NCBI GenBank assembly: GCA_034439575.1
Contig: JAWXAQ010000029.1
Span: 22,383-86,382, forward strand
From: Leptospira sp.
GTDB lineage: Bacteria > Spirochaetota > Leptospiria > Leptospirales > Leptospiraceae
Length of the DNA: 64,000 bases
Direction of reading: 5' to 3'
Shown: positions 53,670 through 64,000 of the stretch, in pieces
How positions within the stretch are numbered: the first letter of the stretch is position 1
Layout: the number at the start of each line of letters is the position of its first letter
Notes under the pieces: generated by a model
Told to the model about the DNA's origin: nothing
The model's database searches: none
The model's input: the letters and a program-made list of their open reading frames with translations, nothing else
Program-made: the position numbers and the translations under genes

Positions 53670-54719
53670 ATGAAAAAGGGCAGTATTCGCTTAAAACTTA
53701 GAACTCTGCCCTTTCTTTTGCTAATCTTTGTTTTGTTTAATTGTGATGTTCTCACAGCTGAACCTAAAGATTTAAAACCCGTTCCAAAGCAATCAAAGCC
53801 CAAGGAAATCATCAAAAATGATACTTCCCGTGAAATTTTAGTGAATCATTTTGGGATCAAAGTATATCTTTTTCCTGACCGCAAAAGTGATATTTTGCGA
53901 GTATTAAAGTTTGGTGAGAGAGTTGTTTATGATTCCGAGACATTAGAATTACCAAATGAAATTTGGGTACCCATTCGTACGAAAGAAGGCTTAAGTGGGC
54001 ATATTTTAAGAGATACAGTTAAATTCGTTTCCAAAGAAAAATACTTAGATAGTTTTGTTTTTGAAGCTGATAAGTATCTAAATTCAAATTCACTCTCCCT
54101 TTTGGAAAGAATGGAAATCACAGATTCACTTTTTTCTTTATCAACTAGCGGCGATTATTCGGCCGATTCATTTACCTTTATTCGTACCAAAGCTGGGTTT
54201 GGCTTAAAACGCACACTCGATTTAATCAATCAAAATAAAATTAAACCAGATAGTTCGCCCGAACTTTTGGATTTTTTAAAAAGACATCAAAGCAAATTGT
54301 TATATGATTATTCGGATTTTTTATATTATGTTGATCCAAATTATTTTTGGAAATTAATTGAAACAAATCCCAATACAAAACATGCAGATTACGCAGGTTA
54401 TCTGGCATCGGAAGTCTTACCGAGCCCTGAGTGCAAAAATGATCTTGGTTGCGAATTAGAAAATTTGAGAAAAACCAAAATGCGTTATATCTACCAATTT
54501 CCAAACGGTAATTATGCGAATCTTTATTTTAAAGAGATTATAACAAAATTAAAAAAGATAACAAAGGATCCTGACTCGATTGCCTGTTATCAACCTCTCT
54601 CTCAGCTAATTCGTTCCGAAATTACACTGTTGAGAAAATATGCAGAAGAGTTTACCGTAAGACATCGTAAGGAAATTATTCCTTACATATCTATTTTGCA
54701 AAAAGAATGCATTAAGTAG
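53670..54719 (+). CDS. Hypothetical lipoprotein with SH3-like N-terminal region
   Basis: Lipobox-like LFNC; WVPIRTKEGLSGHI SH3b-like segment. Confidence 0.6.
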   Translation: MKKGSIRLKLRTLPFLLLIFVLFNCDVLTAEPKDLKPVPKQSKPKEIIKNDTSREILVNHFGIKVYLFPDRKSDILRVLKFGERVVYDSETLELPNEIWVPIRTKEGLSGHILRDTVKFVSKEKYLDSFVFEADKYLNSNSLSLLERMEITDSLFSLSTSGDYSADSFTFIRTKAGFGLKRTLDLINQNKIKPDSSPELLDFLKRHQSKLLYDYSDFLYYVDPNYFWKLIETNPNTKHADYAGYLASEVLPSPECKNDLGCELENLRKTKMRYIYQFPNGNYANLYFKEIITKLKKITKDPDSIACYQPLSQLIRSEITLLRKYAEEFTVRHRKEIIPYISILQKECIK

Positions 54720-54732
54720 CTGGAAATTTGTT

Positions 54733-55527
54733 TTGAAACTGGCTTATAAATTTTACCCTCTAGATAAAGAAAAACAGTCATTAATAGAAGTTTCACGAAA
54801 TTTACTAATTTTACATGGACTTTTTGGTTCATCAAAAAATTGGGTAACACTTTCAAAGGCACTGTCTTCCGAATTTAATGTTTATTCATTGGATTTAAGA
54901 AATCATGGTGATTCACCACATAGCGATGTTCATACGATCGAAGCGATGTCAAGTGACATCGAAGAATTTATTTCTGAACACAATTTACAGAACCTGAGTT
55001 TGCTTGGTCATTCTATGGGTGGACTAGTGGCTATGTACTTTGATCTCACTCATCCAAAATTGTTAGAATCCCTTGTGATCCAAGATATATCTCCAAGAAG
55101 TTATCCTTTTACATATGATAATGAAATTGAATCCATGCAGATTGATCTCACCAATTGCAATTCACGAAGTGAGATCGATCTATTGATGAAAGAAAAATTG
55201 CCCGATACATTTATCCGCCAATTTTTACAAATGAATTTGGATAGGACTGAAGACGGAAAGTATTTTTGGAAGTTGAATGTGGAGGGAATCAATCATTCTC
55301 GCAGAATGTTTTCTGATAGTTTTCAAAATTTAAAACCCTCAGAAACTAAAACATTGTTTGTGTTAGGAGGCGATTCTGAATATATAAATTCGAAGGATCA
55401 TGAAATAATTTTGGCTTTATTTCCTTTAGCAAAATTTCAAACTATTCCGGGTGGTGGACATTACATTCATTACACCCATGCGAAAGAATTCACGCCTATG
55501 ATTCAGAATTTTTTATCGAGAGCATAA
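54733..55527 (+). CDS. Alpha/beta hydrolase (YbfF/ABHD11-like esterase)
   Basis: LHGLFGSSKNW, DLRNHGDS, GHSMGG, GGHYIH. Confidence 0.88.
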   Translation: MKLAYKFYPLDKEKQSLIEVSRNLLILHGLFGSSKNWVTLSKALSSEFNVYSLDLRNHGDSPHSDVHTIEAMSSDIEEFISEHNLQNLSLLGHSMGGLVAMYFDLTHPKLLESLVIQDISPRSYPFTYDNEIESMQIDLTNCNSRSEIDLLMKEKLPDTFIRQFLQMNLDRTEDGKYFWKLNVEGINHSRRMFSDSFQNLKPSETKTLFVLGGDSEYINSKDHEIILALFPLAKFQTIPGGGHYIHYTHAKEFTPMIQNFLSRA

Positions 55528-55557
55528 TTTAATAATGAAATTAAATTCTATGCTCTC
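55518..55557. terminator. Hairpin between convergent hydrolase and dps genes
   Basis: gagagcata-atttaat / attaaat-tc-tatgctctc inverted repeat. Confidence 0.5.
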
Positions 55558-55577
55558 AAATATTTAAAAAATGAATT

Positions 55578-56048
55578 TTATTCAGCTAAGAGAGATCTTA
55601 ACATCCAAGCCGTTTTTTCATGGATGTCTAATCTTTGTGTGAGTAAATCCAATGTTGCTTGGTCGTTGCCTTTTTCGGAAGGAGCATATGCTTCCCTTGC
55701 CGTACGAATGACTGCTTCATTGCCTTCGACGAGATTTTTTATCATTTCTTGCGCTTTGGGTACTGTTTTGTCTTCTGATATACTAGAGTATTTTGCAAAT
55801 TCCCATCCACCAACAGGTGCATAATATCCAAGGGAACGGATACGTTCTGCAATAGGATCAATCGCATTCCATAGCTCAGTGTACTGAGTCATAAATAACA
55901 AGTGTAAGGTCTGGAACATGGGGCCTGTCACATTCCAATGGTAACTGTGTGTTTTTTGATAAAGGGTATATGTGTCAGCGAGGAGTTTTTTTAAAGATTC
56001 TGAAATGGCACTCCTTTCAGCCTCTGGAATTCCAATATTGATTTGCAT
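55578..56048 (-). CDS. dps: Dps family DNA-protecting ferritin
   Basis: [36 protein letters not shown]. Confidence 0.95.
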   Translation of the reverse strand: MQINIGIPEAERSAISESLKKLLADTYTLYQKTHSYHWNVTGPMFQTLHLLFMTQYTELWNAIDPIAERIRSLGYYAPVGGWEFAKYSSISEDKTVPKAQEMIKNLVEGNEAVIRTAREAYAPSEKGNDQATLDLLTQRLDIHEKTAWMLRSLLAE

Positions 56049-56098
56049 TTTTATCTCCTAATAGAAACTCTTTTAACAATACCAGATCGGAACATTGA

Positions 56099-58300
56099 TT
56101 GAATATAAAAATTTCAAAATTTCAGACAGAACTTTTATCAGCATGTGCTGCTATGTTTGTAGCATTACCTTCCGCGATTGCATTTGGAATCAGTGTCTAT
56201 AGTCCTCTTGGGGAATCGTATGCGGGCACGGCTGCCTTATCTGGAGTGATCGGAACTATCGTCATTGGATTATTTACACCCTTACTTGGTGGAACACCAA
56301 AGTTAATATCTGCACCTTGTGCACCGGCGGCAGCTGTGCTTTCTGTCTTTGTTCTCGAACAAGTTAGGCGAGGACATTTTTCTTACCAACAAATTCCCAT
56401 TATCGTAACCATAGCGGTACTATTAGCCGGCTTATTTCAGATTGGATTAGGTCTCCTTGGAGGAGGGCGCTTAATCAAATATATACCCTATCCAGTTGTT
56501 ACTGGTTATCTGAGTGGGCTTGGAATTTTAATTATATTAAGTCAGCTTCCTCGTATTTTTTCTATGTCCTCGGAAGGTTCATTACTTGGAAATTTGGATA
56601 CATTAAATTCAAATCCGATTCCACCTATTATTGGTTTTGCGTCGATAGCCACTATGTTTATCATGCCCAAGTTGTCCAAAAAAATTCCACCAACGATCGC
56701 TTCATTAATTTCAGGGATCATTGTATATTGGATCCTAAGCTTTTTTTTCGAGGAACTTCGAGAAATAAAAAATAATCATTTTATTGTAGGTCCCATTATT
56801 CCAGAAGGGGAAAGTCTATTTGCTAGTTTTGGCAAAAACCTTTGGAATTTGGGTATGATTACTATTTCTTCATGGCGTACTTTATTTATACCAGCGATCA
56901 CTCTCGGATTTTTACTTTCCATCGATACCTTAAAAACGTGTCTCGTAATTGATGTTTATTCTGAAAAACGTCATGACTCAAATCGAGAATTAATAGGACA
57001 AGGAATAGGCAATTGTGCAAGTTCAGTTTTTGGTGGAATTGCCGGTGCGGGTACTCTTGGCCCAACGCTTGTTAACTTGGTGAGCGGTGCCAAAACAAAA
57101 TGGTCTGGATTTTTTGTAGGATTATTTGCATTAGTAACCATTCTATTTTTTGCTGACCTTTTAACTTGGATTCCTGTATCTGCTTTATCTGGTGTATTGA
57201 TTGTCATCGGCTTACGGATGATAGATTGGAAAAGTGTGGGACTTCTAAAAAGTTCAAATACCATTTTTGATTTTTTTGTCATTCTATGCGTTGTGATTGC
57301 TGCAATTAGTACAAGTCTGATTCTTGCGGCAGGTGTGGGAATACTACTTGCGATCCTATTGTTCCTTCGGGACCAGGTTCGTTCATCCGTCGTTAGACGA
57401 TCATTTCTCGGTAATCAAAAATTTTCTAAAAAACGCAGATTACCTTCCGAGCTAGACGAATTAGAAAAAAAAGGCGATCGCAATATCATTTTTGAACTGC
57501 AAGGTCAGTTGTTTTTTGGAACAACCGATCAGTTATTTAATATGTTAGAACCATATTTACCCAAGGCAAAAAATATAGTATTGGACTTTCGGAGAGTTCT
57601 AAACATTGATTTTACGGCCGTTAACTTATTAAAGCAGATTCATTCTAGATTGGCTTCTACGAGAGGAACATTGATACTGGCAAGTGTGCCATTACAATTA
57701 TCGACAGGACAAAATATGCGCCAATATTTGGAAAGTTTTGGATTGTCTGAAAACACGCCTCATTTAAGTTTTTTTAATGAGTTAGACGAAGCTCTCGAAT
57801 TTACAGAAGATCAAATATTACATGAAGCGAATTTGGATCTGACAAAAAACATTCCGTTTTTACATTTACATCAATTTGAATTTTTTGAACCATTTTCCGA
57901 ATCCTCTATCACACAATTTGAAACTTATATTTCTGAACTTCGAATACTTCCTGGTGAAATTATTTTTAGAAAAAGTGATGTTTCTGATAAAATGTATTTT
58001 ATACGAAAAGGTACAGTTCGCATTTTATTACCCTTAGACGGTAATCGTGTTCATCATTTAGCAACTTTCGGAAAAGGAGATTTTTTTGGAGATATGGCAT
58101 TTTTGGATAAAGAGCCTCGATCGGCAGATGCCATAGCCCTCGATGAAGCTTTGTTATATGAGATATCTCGAGAAAAATTTGATGAATATGTAAAAGAAAA
58201 TCCCGAATTTGGTTATTTGTACTTTGAGTCTTTGGCTTATATTTTATCAAAAAGGCTGAGGCTCAATCATCTTGAGCTCACAGCCTTACAGGAAAATTAA
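56099..58300 (+). CDS. SulP/SLC26 anion transporter with STAS and cyclic-nucleotide-binding domains
   Basis: [36 protein letters not shown], cNMP domain [15 protein letters not shown]. Confidence 0.88.
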   Translation: MNIKISKFQTELLSACAAMFVALPSAIAFGISVYSPLGESYAGTAALSGVIGTIVIGLFTPLLGGTPKLISAPCAPAAAVLSVFVLEQVRRGHFSYQQIPIIVTIAVLLAGLFQIGLGLLGGGRLIKYIPYPVVTGYLSGLGILIILSQLPRIFSMSSEGSLLGNLDTLNSNPIPPIIGFASIATMFIMPKLSKKIPPTIASLISGIIVYWILSFFFEELREIKNNHFIVGPIIPEGESLFASFGKNLWNLGMITISSWRTLFIPAITLGFLLSIDTLKTCLVIDVYSEKRHDSNRELIGQGIGNCASSVFGGIAGAGTLGPTLVNLVSGAKTKWSGFFVGLFALVTILFFADLLTWIPVSALSGVLIVIGLRMIDWKSVGLLKSSNTIFDFFVILCVVIAAISTSLILAAGVGILLAILLFLRDQVRSSVVRRSFLGNQKFSKKRRLPSELDELEKKGDRNIIFELQGQLFFGTTDQLFNMLEPYLPKAKNIVLDFRRVLNIDFTAVNLLKQIHSRLASTRGTLILASVPLQLSTGQNMRQYLESFGLSENTPHLSFFNELDEALEFTEDQILHEANLDLTKNIPFLHLHQFEFFEPFSESSITQFETYISELRILPGEIIFRKSDVSDKMYFIRKGTVRILLPLDGNRVHHLATFGKGDFFGDMAFLDKEPRSADAIALDEALLYEISREKFDEYVKENPEFGYLYFESLAYILSKRLRLNHLELTALQEN

Positions 58301-59979
58301 AGAAGGTTCGTAATCGCTCCGTTAGATGCAGACTGAACTAACTTTGCATACTTCGCAAGCACACCAGATTTAAATCGTGCCTCTGGTTGTTTCCATTCTT
58401 TTTTTCGGTTTGATAACTCATCTGGTGTGAGGTCCACATTCAGAATTTGGGTTCTGGAATCAATCGTGATCATATCTCCATCACGGAGAAGTGCGATATT
58501 GCCACCATCAAATGCTTCTGGAGCTACGTGACCCACTACGAGTCCATGTGTACCGCCGCTAAATCTACCATCAGTGATGAGGCCAACGTCTTCGCCGAGT
58601 CCTTTCCCGACAAGTGCCGCAGTCACAGCTAACATCTCTCTCATGCCAGGGCCACCCCTTGGTCCTTCGTAGCGAATGACGATGACATCACCTTTATTGA
58701 TTTTACCAGCCATAATCGCCGCAAAACAATCGTCTTCCGAATCATATACTTTCGCGGGCCCTGTGATATGAATTTTTTTAAGTCCAGAAATCTTTGCGAC
58801 AGCACCTTCTGTACCAAGATTTCCTTTCAATACAACCAATGGGCCAGATGGAAATAATGGGTCTTCGATCGTTCTAACAATTGTTTGGCCTTTAGCTAAA
58901 GGAAGTACATCCTTTAAGTTTTCGGCTAAGGTTTTACCTGTGACTGTCATACAATCGCCATGGAGTAAACCTTTTTCCAATAAATATTTCATTACACCAT
59001 GTACACCACCAACTTTGTCCAGATCATACATAGCATATTTTCCGCCTGGTTTAAGGTCAGCTATGTGAGGTGATTTTTTACCAACACGATTGAAATCTTC
59101 CAAATCCAATGGAACTCCGATTTCTTTAGCGATGGCAATGAGATGTAAGATAGCATTCGTAGATCCACCTAATGCCATAACTGTGACGATCGCATTTTCG
59201 AACGCCTTTTTTGTAAGAATTTGTTTTGGAGTGATATTCTTTTTGATTAAATTGATAAGTGCAATACCCACTTCGTATGCATCATTTGTTTTTCTTGCCG
59301 ATACTGCAGGCATAGAAGCAGAACCTGTCAAACTCATTCCCAAAGCCTCGATCGCTGTTGACATGGTATTTGCCGTGTACATCCCACCACAGCTTCCTGC
59401 ACCCGGACAGGCGTTTTGTTCTACACGAATAAATTCATCGCGAGAGATAGTGCCTTCATTGAATTTTCCGACTGCTTCAAAAATAGATACGATATCAACA
59501 TCAACTCCATCACAAGAACCCGGCATGATAGACCCACCATACACAAAAATCGAGGGAACATCTAACCGACATAAGGCCATAAGACAGCCAGGCATATTTT
59601 TATCACAGCCACCAAGTGCAATCACTCCATCATAACGCATAGAACTAGAAACAAGTTCTATTGAATCTGCGATCACTTCTCTAGAAGGTAATGAATACCT
59701 CATTCCATCATGGCCCATGGCAATGCCATCGGAGACGGTGATGGTTCCGTAGATTTGGGCAACACCACCAGCAGTTCTTACGCCTTCTTTTACTTTAGTC
59801 GCAAGTCGGTCTAAGTGTACATTGCAAGGAGTGATTTCTGCCCATAAAGATGAAATACCAATGATGGGTTTATCAAAGTCTTCATCAGTAAATCCGACAG
59901 CGCGCAACATGGCTCTGTTAGGTGCACGATTGTCGCCGTCCGTAAGCATTGAACTTTTACGTTTGAGGGGATTCGACAT
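58297..59979 (-). CDS. ilvD: Dihydroxy-acid dehydratase
   Basis: [42 protein letters not shown]. Confidence 0.96.
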   Translation of the reverse strand: MSNPLKRKSSMLTDGDNRAPNRAMLRAVGFTDEDFDKPIIGISSLWAEITPCNVHLDRLATKVKEGVRTAGGVAQIYGTITVSDGIAMGHDGMRYSLPSREVIADSIELVSSSMRYDGVIALGGCDKNMPGCLMALCRLDVPSIFVYGGSIMPGSCDGVDVDIVSIFEAVGKFNEGTISRDEFIRVEQNACPGAGSCGGMYTANTMSTAIEALGMSLTGSASMPAVSARKTNDAYEVGIALINLIKKNITPKQILTKKAFENAIVTVMALGGSTNAILHLIAIAKEIGVPLDLEDFNRVGKKSPHIADLKPGGKYAMYDLDKVGGVHGVMKYLLEKGLLHGDCMTVTGKTLAENLKDVLPLAKGQTIVRTIEDPLFPSGPLVVLKGNLGTEGAVAKISGLKKIHITGPAKVYDSEDDCFAAIMAGKINKGDVIVIRYEGPRGGPGMREMLAVTAALVGKGLGEDVGLITDGRFSGGTHGLVVGHVAPEAFDGGNIALLRDGDMITIDSRTQILNVDLTPDELSNRKKEWKQPEARFKSGVLAKYAKLVQSASNGAITNLL

Positions 59980-60024
59980 GGAATGGTCCTACTTAAAAAA
60001 AAATTAGCGGGTGAAAGTGTGGAA

Positions 60025-60645
60025 TTACCTTAATTCTGATTGGATTGAGGCTACCAATTTTTCGGCCACAAAGTCATACTCGCTAGTCTCTCTTAAAATG
60101 TCCTCTCGATTCCAGATCAAACCTAGTCCAAAAATGTATTTTGTGAGTTTTAAGGGACTCCAGTGCGCGCCTGGTTTTTTGCGTGCATTTACGACTACAT
60201 GGCCTGACTCGATATGAACAATTTTAAGTGAAACCGTATCCAATAAATTCGGGATAACTGCACCCTTATCATCAAATTTTCGTAATGCAGAACCCCTTCC
60301 AAATACGAGCGCATCCACACCGAGGACTTTTCCTATACGAACGGCCGTTTGTGTATCGATAATCCCTGTTTTTGAGAAGGACTGTTCATTGATGACTTTT
60401 GAAAGTTGTTCTCTCTCAATGACAGACATGGGCAAATTTTTTGCAAGCTGGAGTGAAATGGCGTCAGTAAACTCTCCATCCCATTTGGCATCATCGATTT
60501 CAAAGGTCAGAACTGCAATTTTACGGATTCCCAATTCCCTGGTCGACGGATCTGCATACTGCACAGCGGATTCCATAGTTGTGCAATTGGTGAAAAGGAC
60601 AAATAGGAATAAATAAAAGGGAAGAAGGCAAGCTTTCATGGACAA
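60025..60645 (-). CDS. CsgG/HfaB-family lipoprotein
   Basis: Lipobox-like FTNC; IAVL.F, VIERE.L..VINEQ, IGKVLGVDA. Confidence 0.75.
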   Translation of the reverse strand: MSMKACLLPFYLFLFVLFTNCTTMESAVQYADPSTRELGIRKIAVLTFEIDDAKWDGEFTDAISLQLAKNLPMSVIEREQLSKVINEQSFSKTGIIDTQTAVRIGKVLGVDALVFGRGSALRKFDDKGAVIPNLLDTVSLKIVHIESGHVVVNARKKPGAHWSPLKLTKYIFGLGLIWNREDILRETSEYDFVAEKLVASIQSELR

Positions 60646-60815
60646 TAACTACGAAAAAGGATGGTATTTGGCAATTGTTTTTTATAAAGAAAAAGAACTG
60701 TCCCCAGATCTTTTTCCTAATTTCGCTAGAATGTTTCTATCTTTACCTATGGTAAAACAATTTAAGGGAAATCGCAATTTCCGCAATTAACGTAGCAAAT
60801 CACAGCTATCGCATG

Positions 60816-62525
60816 TTAGTTCGATTGTGAGAAGGTAGCTTTTGAAGCTTCTGTCCAATTCGAAAGATTAGGTTTAAACTTAGTTAAACGAACTCCAGAT
60901 TGCTGCGTTGCGGATGTAAAATTATTCGCATAATAAAAGTTATCTCCGAGCATAAAAAAGCCTTGTGGTATAAATGAAGTATTATCTCCGTAATCTGTTG
61001 AAATCCTAGTGATGGCAACATAGGAAGTACCTGAATTTGCTGAATGATAAACGGTATACGGATTGCTCGTATCAGTTGTATTATTCAATAAGATATATTG
61101 ATATGAATTTGATTTGAGAAATTTTGAAAAATTACTAGTTGAGACACCCGATGAAGGTGCATACGTAAATCCTCCCGAACTTCCAGTATCTCCTATTAAT
61201 CCGCCCGATCCGAAATCTGAAGGTATCGTCACCTTATGCATAGTAATGGAGGCTGATGAACCTTTAAAAAATGCCAATCCGTCGGCCGTTGTATCAGCAT
61301 ATGGAAACAATTGACTCCTTAATGCAACGCTAGCCGTATCTAGATTTCCAGAAACGGAAGAAAATGAAGTATTGACTGCTTTGTATGTTCCCGGATTGGA
61401 ACCTAAGTTGTCCATACCACAATACAAAACATAATTCTTAACAAATGTTTGGCGCATTTGTACAGTCGTTGCTCCTGATTTACAACTATCAAATATATTT
61501 GTAGAAGTTGTTCCATCCAAACTTCTCATATAAGGTGTATCATATAATGTATCTGAATCTTGCTCAAATACGAGATATCTCCCACCATAGAAGATGCTTG
61601 GAAAAAATTGTGGTGTGGTTACAATTTTACCATGAATCGAAGGCATACTTATCGCTGTTACTTCCTTCTCGGGATTTGTTTCATCCATCAGTATATAGTG
61701 AGCATTGGTTGATTCTAATGCAGAGTTAACAATTGTTTGTCTACGGATAAGAAAGTATAACTTCGAATTGTCTTTATTTGGTTCACTCAATGTAATATCA
61801 ATTTGAGTTCCTGTACTTACTGAAGGAATTTTTCCAACAAGATTTGTGATTTTAGTGATACGATCAAAATTGATTCCATCAGAAGTAGATACAATGTAAA
61901 TAGTAGAATCACTGTCTTTGGCACCAACTAGTAAAGTTCCATAAAATCTATTGTTGTAAGTGCCGAGAGGGGAAAAGAATGAATCTGGGAAATTATTAAA
62001 AGCTATATTGTATGGTGAAACAGATATAGCAGATACCATTAAATCACCGTTTTGCGATATAATTTTAAAATTCGACTGGCTAAGAGTAGGGAATACGCGA
62101 AAAACAATAGATCCTTTCGCAATTGTTGAACTTTTGCTTTCATAGATTGTAATTTTTACAAACCCAGGTTGTGTGAAATTAAAGACACCTTCTCCGGTCG
62201 AATTAAGTGTAGTCGTAGTTTCATTTGTACCTGCAGTAAAACGAGTGTTTGCTGTGGCAGTAAGAGCTGGCGCTTCGGATGATGGGAAAGTGGAAAGCGT
62301 GTAATAATCCGAGTATGCATTACCATTATTACTTGTGAACTTTAGTTTTAAGGAAATAGTTGTCGTCTGGCTAAATCCTAGCAGTCGTTGCAAGTTTAAA
62401 AGTGTTGCCAATTCACCATTTTGATCAAAGGAGGAATCTTTATATTTGATACATCCGGAAATTAGTAGTAAGATTAAGATTAAAAATAAATTTCTAATAT
62501 AATTGAACATTTGTGAATACCTCAT
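60816..62525 (-). CDS. Hypothetical Ser/Thr-rich lipoprotein
   Basis: Lipobox LISGC; beta-rich body with STSDGINF and SANSGTSY Asp-box-like segments. Confidence 0.65.
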   Translation of the reverse strand: MRYSQMFNYIRNLFLILILLLISGCIKYKDSSFDQNGELATLLNLQRLLGFSQTTTISLKLKFTSNNGNAYSDYYTLSTFPSSEAPALTATANTRFTAGTNETTTTLNSTGEGVFNFTQPGFVKITIYESKSSTIAKGSIVFRVFPTLSQSNFKIISQNGDLMVSAISVSPYNIAFNNFPDSFFSPLGTYNNRFYGTLLVGAKDSDSTIYIVSTSDGINFDRITKITNLVGKIPSVSTGTQIDITLSEPNKDNSKLYFLIRRQTIVNSALESTNAHYILMDETNPEKEVTAISMPSIHGKIVTTPQFFPSIFYGGRYLVFEQDSDTLYDTPYMRSLDGTTSTNIFDSCKSGATTVQMRQTFVKNYVLYCGMDNLGSNPGTYKAVNTSFSSVSGNLDTASVALRSQLFPYADTTADGLAFFKGSSASITMHKVTIPSDFGSGGLIGDTGSSGGFTYAPSSGVSTSNFSKFLKSNSYQYILLNNTTDTSNPYTVYHSANSGTSYVAITRISTDYGDNTSFIPQGFFMLGDNFYYANNFTSATQQSGVRLTKFKPNLSNWTEASKATFSQSN

Positions 62526-63583
62526 TAAAATAATATCGAATAACGAAATTCTGCATGAGCCGATGTTTGTCTGTTGTAGGATCTTAGAAAGTATTGGTTA
62601 TGGTTTGTATCCATTCCCGCTTCCCAATCAAAACCAGGACGATATTCTTTCCCATTGATAGCAATTGGTCTTTCTGGATATTCTTCTCTTCCAATCCAAT
62701 AAGCATGAATTACATTAGATAAGTATAATATACCGATGGCTCCTAAACTCCCATGATAGATTCCATTGGAGAGTTTTGAATCATCTTTCGCTTTTCCTAC
62801 CAAATCAGTGATGATGGAATTTTCCAAGAGGAGTGTTGTTAATTCTGTCGTATTCGAAATGAATTCTGGGGATAACCTGGTGCTCGGTCCATTGTATTGA
62901 TTGATGAGTGAAATCATCTCATAATTTTCTTTATCATTATAAACTTTGGTCTTGAGAGGACCTTGTGCGTAGTAGGCGGCACCTGCAATACTTGCAAAGA
63001 AAAAACCTGCTGAGATCCTATACCCTCCACACCATTGCCCCCAGCCAGGGATAATAGCTGACCGCCAAATAAGTCCTAGGCGAGATCCACATGCTACCGT
63101 GGCTTCAGATTTAACTTTGTTATTTTCTCGATAAACAAGCCATTCCTCTTCTGTTTGCTGATTGTTCTTTTGTTCTTTTTGCAATTTGGCGAGTCTTTCT
63201 TTTTCTTTAAGTTCTTCGATCTTTGCTAATGCTAGGGCTTTTTTCTCTTCTTCAGCTAAGCGTTTTTTTTCTGCTTCGGCGGCAATTTTTTCAGCTCTTT
63301 CTTTTTTGAGACGTTCTGCTTCTTCTTTTGCTTTTAGTTTTTTTTCTTCCGCGATTCGGATTTTTTCAGCCTCTTTCTCAGAAAGGTCTTTATATATGAC
63401 TTTTAAAATCTGAGTTTTAACTATAGTTTGAGTCGTACCATCTAACAAACGTACTGTTAAGTTTTGTCCGTCTTGTTTGACTACCTTTCCTTTGAGGTTG
63501 GTTCCGTTTTTTAAAATCACAGTATTTTCTGCGAAAAGGAACAAGGGGAATAAAAGAATTATACCGATTTGGAATATCTTCAT
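62525..63583 (-). CDS. Leptospira LA_0442/LA_0875 N-terminal-domain-like protein with coiled coil and DUF5683-like SAIIPGWGQ motif
   Basis: Signal peptide, TVILKNG..LKGKV, K/E/A-rich coil, WRSAIIPGWGQW, C-terminal Phe. Confidence 0.65.
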   Translation of the reverse strand: MKIFQIGIILLFPLFLFAENTVILKNGTNLKGKVVKQDGQNLTVRLLDGTTQTIVKTQILKVIYKDLSEKEAEKIRIAEEKKLKAKEEAERLKKERAEKIAAEAEKKRLAEEEKKALALAKIEELKEKERLAKLQKEQKNNQQTEEEWLVYRENNKVKSEATVACGSRLGLIWRSAIIPGWGQWCGGYRISAGFFFASIAGAAYYAQGPLKTKVYNDKENYEMISLINQYNGPSTRLSPEFISNTTELTTLLLENSIITDLVGKAKDDSKLSNGIYHGSLGAIGILYLSNVIHAYWIGREEYPERPIAINGKEYRPGFDWEAGMDTNHNQYFLRSYNRQTSAHAEFRYSILF

Positions 63584-63880
63584 GTAAAAATTAAGTATCC
63601 ATTCTCATTTAATAGCAGCAGGGGCTAAAAATAATCCCTATTAGCACATTGATTTTCTGTTTTATAATTGAATGTTGCAACTTGTTTTTATTCGCCACTG
63701 CGTCGCAAGGTTTGTAAAAATTTATTTCCAATGATTTTAATACAACTGTTAGGAAATGAGAGAAAAAATAGGAACGCAATATTTTTGGCTTACCATAATT
63801 CGAATATTCGAAAATAATAATGTGACATAATATTATTATTTGGATATATTTGTAAAGCAAATTTTTTTATACATTTTTGC

Positions 63881-63908
63881 TTGACGACATCGATACTCAA
63901 AATACCTT
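63881..63908 (+). promoter_or_regulatory. Putative sigma70 promoter at window end
   Basis: TTGACG-16 bp-TACCTT with AT-rich upstream tract; followed by GC-richer hairpin-forming sequence. Confidence 0.45.
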
Positions 63909-64000
63909 GGTTTTTACCGAGTGCCCTACGCGGGTAACTTATGGAAGCATGGCGAGAGATCGTGATGCGTACTTGCTTGGAATAGAGCGAGTAGGTGCAA

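Noticed and set aside
59090-59635. Long antisense ORFs inside core genes (e.g. 181 aa opposite ilvD, others opposite clpC, flhB, psd)
   Set aside because: Shadow frames of well-supported genes
63609-63860. 83-aa minus-strand ORF
   Set aside because: AT-rich intergenic composition, no RBS or motif
63933-64000. tRNA-Ser-like start (GGAAGCATGGC...) and SAM/glycine/cobalamin riboswitch-like words
   Set aside because: No valid D-arm or 7-nt anticodon loop geometry; conserved riboswitch cores are missing in the visible part
1-64000. CRISPR array, IS/transposase, prophage or integrase
   Set aside because: No regularly spaced repeats and no such protein motifs were recognised

Overview
AT-rich bacterial chromosomal segment. 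Gene content and spirochaete-type lipoprotein signal peptides point to Leptospira (inference from recognised gene order, no search run). Core loci: plsX end-fabG, acpP-rnc-NUDIX-aroB-mscS, lolC/E-lolD-mcsA/B-like-clpC, mtaB, metZ, lpxD, the fliY-fliO-fliP-fliQ-fliR-flhB-flhA export operon, dusA, an XPB helicase, dps and ilvD. Accessory blocks: (i) about 6 kb between fabG and acpP (7TM-DISM/AraC regulator, BNR-repeat lipoprotein, dusC, MaoC, an internally deleted rhodanese pseudogene); (ii) a G4-amylase-like GH13 plus a MacAB-type exporter; (iii) a tightly coupled rhodanese/pentaheme cytochrome/GT2/GT-C-like/TIGR04282 operon next to metZ and DUF4395; (iv) an MBOAT pair followed by a probably leaderless Uma2 nuclease gene flanked by two co-varying structured elements resembling Flavo-1 RNAs. 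Other oddities are an AGCS transporter-phosphatidylserine decarboxylase fusion and a compact McsA-McsB fusion. No CRISPR array, complete tRNA/rRNA, integrase or transposase was recognised. All family assignments come from motif recognition by eye.
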